From contig OZ245880.1 of NCBI GenBank assembly GCA_965229495.1, forward strand, positions 65,937 to 129,936: DNA of 64,000 nt, read 5' to 3'. Origin of the DNA: Gammaproteobacteria bacterium. Lineage in GTDB: Bacteria > Pseudomonadota > Gammaproteobacteria > CBDBNL01 > G965229495. Within the stretch, counting starts at the first letter, position 1, and every line of letters begins with the position of its first letter. The position numbers and the translations under genes were made by a program. The notes beneath the pieces were generated by a model that ran no database searches, was not told the origin of the DNA, and worked only from the letters and a program-made list of their open reading frames with translations. This document shows, piece after piece, positions 57,887 to 64,000 of the stretch.

Positions 57887-58318
57887 ATGAATAGGTTTTT
57901 CAGCGCTCTTATTGTTTTAGTGGTAGTAGCTACTCCGGCATTCGGTCAAGATATTGTCATTCGAGTTGTCGATATTGATATTGCACGGCCTGGGAATATC
58001 ATGGCGATGGTTTTTAGTGAAGATGGTTATCCAACTAAACACGACAAGGCTTTGCAGATGCAGAGCAAGCCTGCTGATAGTTCTGAGCTAGTATTCAGTT
58101 TTACGGTGAGTCAAAGCCCTTTGGCTATTAAGGTATTGCACGATGAGGATGAAAATGGTCAGACTACTAAAAACTGGACTGGCATTTGGCCAGCAGAGGG
58201 CTTGGGCTTTTCTAATGGCGCTCGGCTGCGATTGACGGGGCCGCCGAGTTTTGCCGATGCGAAGCTCGCTTTAGAAAGTATTGATGGTGCAATAATAGTC
58301 CCAGTGATTTATCCCTAG
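57887..58318 (+). CDS. DUF2141-family secreted protein
   Basis: 143 aa, signal peptide; KNWTGIWPAEGLGFSNGA matches the DUF2141 core. Confidence 0.55.
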   Translation: MNRFFSALIVLVVVATPAFGQDIVIRVVDIDIARPGNIMAMVFSEDGYPTKHDKALQMQSKPADSSELVFSFTVSQSPLAIKVLHDEDENGQTTKNWTGIWPAEGLGFSNGARLRLTGPPSFADAKLALESIDGAIIVPVIYP

Positions 58319-58329
58319 AGAGAGAAGCG

Positions 58330-58977
58330 ATGAAATCGATTGTAAAAGTAATGTTGGTGCTGGCGTTGTTTTTTGCCAGCACTTTTATCGTCTTGAAAGG
58401 CACTGGGATGATCACGGTGGACAAGATAGAGCTATGGCTGGAGGCGGCCAAGAGCTCGAATCATGTTTACGTCGCCGCTATTGTTATGCTGCTGCTCTTT
58501 GCCGATTTATTTGTGGCGGTGCCGACTCTGACTGTGATGATTTTGGCTGGTTATTTCCTGGGACCAGTGGCCGGCGCTGGCGCTGCGGTATCAGGTTTAT
58601 TGGCGGCAGGTGTTTGCGGCTATGGCATTAGCTGGAGATACGGCGATATTCTTATGCGTTTCTTGGTCAAAGAGGAGGGTCAGCGCGAGGAGGCACGGCG
58701 CACTTTCCAAGAGAACGGCGGCGTGGTGATTTTGCTGGCGCGCGCCGTACCGATTTTGCCGGAGGTGTCGGCTTGCATGGCGGGTATGACGCGGATGCCA
58801 TTGCTGAAATTCCTAGGGCTGTGGCTGGCGAGCTCGGTGCCCTATGCAACCATCGCGGCTTACGCTGGATCTATCAGCACGCTGGAAAACCCAACTCCAG
58901 CCATCCTCACGATGGTCGGGCTGACGACTTTTCTGTGGCTGGGGTGGTATTTGTTTAGAAGGAGAGTAGGGCGGTAG
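58330..58977 (+). CDS. DedA/TVP38/TMEM64 family membrane protein
   Basis: 215 aa, polytopic, glycine-rich re-entrant motif. Confidence 0.7.
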   Translation: MKSIVKVMLVLALFFASTFIVLKGTGMITVDKIELWLEAAKSSNHVYVAAIVMLLLFADLFVAVPTLTVMILAGYFLGPVAGAGAAVSGLLAAGVCGYGISWRYGDILMRFLVKEEGQREEARRTFQENGGVVILLARAVPILPEVSACMAGMTRMPLLKFLGLWLASSVPYATIAAYAGSISTLENPTPAILTMVGLTTFLWLGWYLFRRRVGR

Positions 58978-59165
58978 TGGGTTTAATGTAGGTGATTTGG
59001 CTGTTGAGTTGGCATGGTATTTGGTAGTGGGGTGGCTAAGTGTGTAGCGTCGCACGATACTGAGCTTGGGTGGAATTGAGCGAGAAGGAGCTTGTGGATA
59101 GGCTTGTTTTGGGCGCCAATTGGCGTACACTGGTTGGTGTTCGTATATTAATAGGCGCATAAATC

Positions 59166-59441
59166 ATGCTACAAGAAGCACGCATTAGCTCGCGTATCGA
59201 CGCGGGTTTGAAAAATGAAGCAGATTCGATCCTGGCACAGCTAGGCATCAAGCCCTCGCAGGCAATTACTATGTTTTACACCCAGATCGTCAGGCATCGG
59301 GGTATCCCTTTTGAACTCAAGCTTCCTAATGCTGAGACTGTGCAAGCTCTGAATGAAGATGTGAGCAATCAGCCAGCTTTCCACTCGGTTGAAGGGCTGA
59401 TGGCGGATTTGGATTCTGGCGAGGATGAATGCGCGCGCTAA
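59166..59441 (+). CDS. dinJ: Type II antitoxin RelB/DinJ family
   Basis: 91 aa, ribbon-helix-helix N-terminus; overlaps the toxin by 17 nt. Confidence 0.8.
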   Translation: MLQEARISSRIDAGLKNEADSILAQLGIKPSQAITMFYTQIVRHRGIPFELKLPNAETVQALNEDVSNQPAFHSVEGLMADLDSGEDECAR

Positions 59442-59679
59442 AGACTACAAGCGAGCAGTAAAAAGAGGCTGTGCGCCTGAGAAGCTAGAGCACATCATCC
59501 ATTTGCTCGCCACTGATCAAGCTCTACCGCGCAACGCGCGCCCGCACAAACTAACGGGTAACTACGACCAATTTTGGGAATGCCACATCGAAGCAGATTG
59601 GCTGCTTATTTACGAGCCCGTCAATAGCGATTTGCTGGTGCTGCGTCGCACCGGTAGCCATGCGGATTTGTTCGGGTGA
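59425..59679 (+). CDS. yafQ: Type II toxin YafQ/RelE family
   Basis: 84 aa; C-terminus HIEADWLLIYEPVNSDLLVLRRTGSHADLFG matches YafQ (HVEPDWILIYK...FERTGTHAALFG). Confidence 0.8.
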   Translation: MNARAKDYKRAVKRGCAPEKLEHIIHLLATDQALPRNARPHKLTGNYDQFWECHIEADWLLIYEPVNSDLLVLRRTGSHADLFG

Positions 59680-59760
59680 AATCGCTTTTATAGCTACTTC
59701 CTCCGGTCTGGCTGTGCGGCGAATATAGCTATAATCGCCTTAAATTATGCGGTGATTAAC

Positions 59761-60864
59761 ATGTGGATACACGAGCATCGAAATTGGCCGAACTTTTCTT
59801 GGGATGCTGCGGCTATTGCTGGCGAGCTGGCTGCTGTGCGCTATGCCCAAGGTCGCTTGCTGGGTCGGATGGAGGGCTTGGGTTTTGAGCTGCAGCGCGA
59901 GGCGGCTTTGACTACGCTGACTAAGGACGCTGTAAAGTCCGCCGCGATTGAGGGCGAAAGCTTGCCGCCAGCGGAGGTGCGCTCGTCTATCGCCCGCAGG
60001 CTTGGTATTGATATTGCTGGGCTTATCCCAGCAGGACGCGATGTTGAGGGCTTGGTGGAGATGATGCTGGACGGTACGCAAGGCTTTGCCGAGCCGCTAA
60101 CAAAGGAGCGTTTGTTTGCCTGGCACGCCGCGCTGTTTCCTGCAGGCAGAAGCGGTATGCATAAGATTCGCGTCGGCGCTTGGCGTTGCGTTGCTGCAGA
60201 TCCGATGCAAGTGGTCTCGGGCGCTATTGGCAGAGAAAAGCTTCACTTTGAGGCGCCAAGCGCTGAGCGTATTGAACGCGAAATGGCGGCTTTTCTAGAT
60301 TGGTTCGCAGGTGGTGATGCTATTGATCCGGTTATTAAAGCTGGCGTTGCTCATCTCTGGTTCGTGACCATTCACCCTTTTGAGGATGGCAATGGACGCA
60401 TCGCGCGCGCTATTGGCGATATGGCGTTGGCGCGCGCGGACGGGACAGCCAGTCGCTTTTATAGTCTTTCGACGCAAATTGCCGCCAAGCGCGCGGACTA
60501 TTACCAGCAGCTTGAGCGGCAGCAGCGCGCTAGCCCGGATATTACGGGTTGGCTGGCGTGGTTTTTGGCTTGCCTGGGCCGAGCTCTGGGTAATGCCGAG
60601 GGCGCGCTGGAGCAGGTGCTTTTCAAAGCCAGGCTGTGGGAATCGGTAAATCAAAATCCGCTCAACCCTCGGCAACGGCTAATAATCAACTGCATGTTAC
60701 GCGAAGATTTCCAAGGCTTTATGAATACCTCTAAATACGCTAAGCTGGCTAAATGCTCGAAAGATACCGCGCTGCGCGATATTCAAGAATTGAAAGCCCG
60801 AGCTATCTTTAGCCAAAACGCTAGCGGTGGGCGCAGCACGAGTTATCGGTTGGCGGGTTGGTAG
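59761..60864 (+). CDS. fic: Fic family protein (class II; N-terminal inhibitory SxxxEG motif + HPFEDGNGR active site)
   Basis: Canonical Fic motif HPFEDGNGRIAR. Upstream SAAIEGE matches the (S/T)xxxE(G/N) inhibitory helix. Start taken at ATG 59761; the tracked ORF uses GTG 59752. Confidence 0.85.
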   Translation: MWIHEHRNWPNFSWDAAAIAGELAAVRYAQGRLLGRMEGLGFELQREAALTTLTKDAVKSAAIEGESLPPAEVRSSIARRLGIDIAGLIPAGRDVEGLVEMMLDGTQGFAEPLTKERLFAWHAALFPAGRSGMHKIRVGAWRCVAADPMQVVSGAIGREKLHFEAPSAERIEREMAAFLDWFAGGDAIDPVIKAGVAHLWFVTIHPFEDGNGRIARAIGDMALARADGTASRFYSLSTQIAAKRADYYQQLERQQRASPDITGWLAWFLACLGRALGNAEGALEQVLFKARLWESVNQNPLNPRQRLIINCMLREDFQGFMNTSKYAKLAKCSKDTALRDIQELKARAIFSQNASGGRSTSYRLAGW

Positions 60865-60869
60865 TCTAT

Positions 60870-61042
60870 TCCTAGGGCTGTAGCTGGCGAGCTCGGTTCC
60901 TTATGCAACCATCGCGGCTTACGCTGGATCGATCAGTACGCGAGAAAACCCAACTCTAGCCATTCTCGCGATGATCGGCCTGACGACTTTTTGTGGTTGG
61001 GTTGGTATGTGTTTAGGAGTAGAGTGGGGCGGTAGTGGGCTG
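60870..61042. pseudogene. Duplicated 3' fragment of dedA (copy of 58808-58980, about 88% identity)
   Basis: ttcctagggctgtagctggcgagctcggttccttatgcaaccatcgcggcttacgctgg... matches the dedA end; reading frame broken. Confidence 0.55.
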
Positions 61043-61065
61043 TTGGCTTGCTTAGTGTGCTGGGC

Positions 61066-64000
61066 TTAGGTTTGTTGGGTTGCGACTGGGGCGCTGATGC
61101 GCGCCCAGTCCGGGTGGTTGCTGGGGCTGGTTACTTTGCCATCAGCGCTGAGGCCGTAAACATAAGGCCAAGCGCCAGTACTGCAGCGCAGCACATTGTC
61201 CTCGCCGTCGAGCACTGCCCAGTTGTCTTCGGGTAAGAGTTGATATTGGCGTAAGAGCTGGCCAGTGCTTGCGTCCCAGAGTCGGGCGGCGGCATCAGTG
61301 GAGGCCGTAATTATTTTGCTGTCGTCGTTGCTGAAAATTGCACTCTCTACTGAGTCTTGATGTGGCAAATTGAGTATGCAAGCGCCAGTGTTGGTGTCCC
61401 AGACCTTGGCAGTTTTATCAAGAGACGCAGTAACTATTTTGCTACCGTCATTGCTGAATACGGTACTAACTACCCCAGACCGATGCTGATCTAGCGTAAA
61501 CAGGCAGGCACCAGTGCTGGCATCCCAAACTTTGGTAGTATGATCGCTAGATGCGGTTGCCAACTTATTGTTGTCGTTGCTAAACACAGCGCTCCGTATC
61601 CGATCTTGATGTTGATCCAGAGTTAGCAGGCACGCGCCAGTGGTTGTGTCCCAAACTTTGGCAATTTTTTCGCCAGAAGCAGCGATCAGTTTGCCTCCGT
61701 CACTACTGAAAGCAATGTTAATTATTGTTTCTTTATGCTGCTTTAGAGTCAGGAGGCAGCTGCCATTGGAGACGTCCCAGACCTTGGCAGTGTTATCACC
61801 AGACGCAGTAGCTATTTTGCTGCCGTCGTTACTAAAGGCAGAGCTAAGTACCGGACCTTGGTGCTGCTCCAGAGTTAGAAGACAGACACCAGTGCTTGCG
61901 TCCCAGACCTTGGCGCTGTTGTCGCTAGAGGCGGTTATTACTTTACTGTTATCATGAGTAAAATCGACGCTACGCACTCGGCCTAGATACTTTTGCATAG
62001 CTAGGTTGCATTCATCTGCTCTTAGGCTCCAGATGGACACAGAGCTATTGTTAGACGCGGTTACTAATCTGCCGCTGTCGGCGCTTAGTGCTAAAAGGAA
62101 TATTGGTGTTCGCAAGTTTCTGCCCAAAGTCATGATACAGGCGCCGGTTGTTACGTCCCAGATACTAGCGGTTCGATCGCTGGATGCGGTAATTACTCTA
62201 TTACCATCAAAGCTAAAAGCGGCACTATTTACATCGCTCTTGTGTTGCTCAAGTGTTAGCAGACAGGAGCCAGTGATGGCGTCCCAGATTTTGGCAGTGG
62301 CATCGCAAGAGGCAGTTATTATTTTGCTGCCGTCGATGCTAAAGGCAGCGCTACGCACCAAGTCGTGATGTCCCTTTAGGGTTAGGAGGCAGGTGCCAGA
62401 GTTGGCATCCCAAACTTTGGCGGTGCGATCGTCAGATGTAGTTACTATTTGGCTACCATAGCTATTGAATATAGCGCTATTCAACCATTGTTCATGACCC
62501 TCTAAAGTTAGGATGCAGGTGCCAGTGGTGAGGTCCCAGATCTTGGCGGTGTAATCTCTAGATGCGGTAACTATTTTGCTGCTGTTGAAGGCAGCGCTAC
62601 TCACCGAGTCTTTATGTTCGTCTAGGGTTAGTAGGCAGGCATCAGTACTAGCATCCCATACTTTGGCGGTGCAATCATGAGAGGCAGTAACTATTTTGCT
62701 GGTGTCGCTATTGAAGTCGGCGCTATACACCGATTTTCTATGACCGACTAGAGTTAGCAGGCAAGCGCCAGTAGTGGCATCCCATACTTTGGCAGCGCTA
62801 TCGCTAGACGCGGTAACTATTCTGCTACCATCAGCGCTAAAGGCGGCGCTATTAACTCTGCCCTGATGTTGTGCGAGCGTTAGGATGCAGACGCCAGTGG
62901 CGGCGTCCCAGAGTTTGGCGGTACCATCATTAGAGGCGGTAATCACCTTGCTCCCATCTGAGCTAAAAGTAGCGTGATTGATACGACCGTGATGAGTATC
63001 GTTAAGTTGCAAAGCATGATTGGAGAGCGACTGTGGCTCATGTAGCAGGTGCGGTGATTCGACTGCAAAAACCATGCTTGATAAAAGCGTGGAGCTGGTA
63101 GAGTCCGCGGTGCAGCGGTAAGCGTAGGCGGCGGTTGCGCCATGTGGCTCGCCCTTGCATTCTTGCCAATGGCAATGCTCAAATCGTGCTTGGGCGATGT
63201 TGGCGCCTTGAAAGTTGCAGGATTGCAAGCACAAGCGCAGGAGGCGGCAGCCGCGCAGGTTGGCATTGGCGAAGTCAATATCAGCGTAGGTCGTATCTTG
63301 GTTTGAAGAACCAAAATAAGACTCGCTCAAGTCAAAGTCGCTAAGATTGGCGCCAGTCGGTGGCCTCCAGCCTCCAGGCTGCGCCTGACCTATTTGCACC
63401 AGTAGTTTGCGTAAAGCTTTAGGGTGATTTCCTGCGAGTAAATCTTGTTGCCACTGAATAAACAGTTCTTGATTTTTTTTGCTAGCATTGGTGGTGATCT
63501 CCCAAGCAAAGGTGCAGGTCTCGGCGCTTAGCTGTGGCCAGTCTTGGTAAGCCTGCAAATCTGGGCAGTTGAAGAGAGCTAGAGCCAAAAAGTATTCATA
63601 GAAAGAGCTATGGACAAAGGCGAAATCGCTGGCGCCGGAACGCACTAGCAAGTTGGCGTTGTGGAGCTCGGTGTGCAGCAGATTGCGCGCTTGTAGCTTG
63701 CTGCCTATCATTAGGCGTAATCCGGATTGGTTCTCTGCATATCCATCAAACCACTGGTCGAGCTCGGCTACTGGTAGAGCAGCGGCACGACGTTGCCACA
63801 GCTCTAGCGCTAGCGCTTGCAGCAGGCGGGTGCGGTCGTCGACGTTGAGCAGCGGGTTCTTGTCGCCGTCTCGTGCTATGCAGCGCTGAAAGAGCTCTTG
63901 GTAAACCAGAGCGGTATTGAGCGCGTGCCCGGATTGCTGCGCGGCGATTAGTTCGGGTATCAAGTCGCTTATATAGCGCGCTAGGATCGGCTTGCGCGCT
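61066..64000 (-). CDS. NACHT(STAND NTPase, C-terminal part)-pentapeptide repeat-WD40 (about 14 blades) protein; N-terminus beyond window end
   Basis: The reading frame is open to position 64000, so the tracked TTG start is probably internal. FAFVHSSFYEYFLALALF resembles the NACHT winged-helix end. Pentapeptide repeats (ANLSDFDLSE...ANLRGCRL...) follow, then repeated WD40 units ...TASxDxTAKVWDAxTGxCLLTLxxH.... Confidence 0.8.
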   Translation of the reverse strand, partial: ARKPILARYISDLIPELIAAQQSGHALNTALVYQELFQRCIARDGDKNPLLNVDDRTRLLQALALELWQRRAAALPVAELDQWFDGYAENQSGLRLMIGSKLQARNLLHTELHNANLLVRSGASDFAFVHSSFYEYFLALALFNCPDLQAYQDWPQLSAETCTFAWEITTNASKKNQELFIQWQQDLLAGNHPKALRKLLVQIGQAQPGGWRPPTGANLSDFDLSESYFGSSNQDTTYADIDFANANLRGCRLLRLCLQSCNFQGANIAQARFEHCHWQECKGEPHGATAAYAYRCTADSTSSTLLSSMVFAVESPHLLHEPQSLSNHALQLNDTHHGRINHATFSSDGSKVITASNDGTAKLWDAATGVCILTLAQHQGRVNSAAFSADGSRIVTASSDSAAKVWDATTGACLLTLVGHRKSVYSADFNSDTSKIVTASHDCTAKVWDASTDACLLTLDEHKDSVSSAAFNSSKIVTASRDYTAKIWDLTTGTCILTLEGHEQWLNSAIFNSYGSQIVTTSDDRTAKVWDANSGTCLLTLKGHHDLVRSAAFSIDGSKIITASCDATAKIWDAITGSCLLTLEQHKSDVNSAAFSFDGNRVITASSDRTASIWDVTTGACIMTLGRNLRTPIFLLALSADSGRLVTASNNSSVSIWSLRADECNLAMQKYLGRVRSVDFTHDNSKVITASSDNSAKVWDASTGVCLLTLEQHQGPVLSSAFSNDGSKIATASGDNTAKVWDVSNGSCLLTLKQHKETIINIAFSSDGGKLIAASGEKIAKVWDTTTGACLLTLDQHQDRIRSAVFSNDNNKLATASSDHTTKVWDASTGACLFTLDQHRSGVVSTVFSNDGSKIVTASLDKTAKVWDTNTGACILNLPHQDSVESAIFSNDDSKIITASTDAAARLWDASTGQLLRQYQLLPEDNWAVLDGEDNVLRCSTGAWPYVYGLSADGKVTSPSNHPDWARISAPVATQQT

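Noticed and set aside
1-64000. Searched for integrase, transposase or recombinase genes that would explain the cassette-like duplications
   Set aside because: No ORF in the window shows tyrosine/serine recombinase or DDE transposase hallmarks, so the mechanism is left open.

Overview
This 64-kb window is a mosaic of gammaproteobacterial-looking housekeeping genes with several accessory insertions, at about 55-60% GC. Lower-GC islets sit at roughly 6.8-8.4 kb, 10.9-11.6 kb and 30.0-31.6 kb.

Housekeeping and metabolic genes that can be supported are maeB (partial), a Gfo/Idh/MocA oxidoreductase, a HAD hydrolase, glnE, a SurA-like chaperone, aroK, cysM, galE, corC, argH, mutM, mdh, a tRNA-Val-tRNA-Asp pair, yggX, murD, pxpC, an RND pump, lnt, a proXVW betaine transporter, a D-cysteine desulfhydrase-like PLP enzyme and a TAXI-TRAP transporter.

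A complete form-I aerobic CO dehydrogenase cluster is present (coxMSL-GDEF, mocA, a second xdhC-like gene), with the CoxL AYRCSFR signature, followed directly by a sufS-sufU pair.

The accessory content most worth a second look is:
- a single-gene TIR-NB-ARC-TPR (NLR-like STAND) protein flanked by direct copies of a dispersed repeat;
- a second STAND protein (NACHT-pentapeptide-WD40, runs off the window end);
- three type II toxin-antitoxin pairs (yefM-yoeB, hicB-hicA, dinJ-yafQ) and a class-II Fic gene;
- a type II R-M pair;
- a lipase_3-like gene in a low-GC islet between ~90-bp direct repeats, with a G6-tract frameshifted lipoprotein;
- a tandem-repeat coiled-coil protein with a PD-(D/E)XK-like C-terminus;
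- a family of hairpin-bearing MITE/REP-like repeats.

In the last ~10 kb, short duplicated gene ends (sufU 3' end, fic 5' end, dedA 3' end) bracket TA-carrying cassettes with no recombinase in view.

No rRNA, CRISPR array, transposase or integrase was found. Coordinates derived by hand (tRNAs, repeats, motifs, short ORFs) may be off by 1-2 nt.
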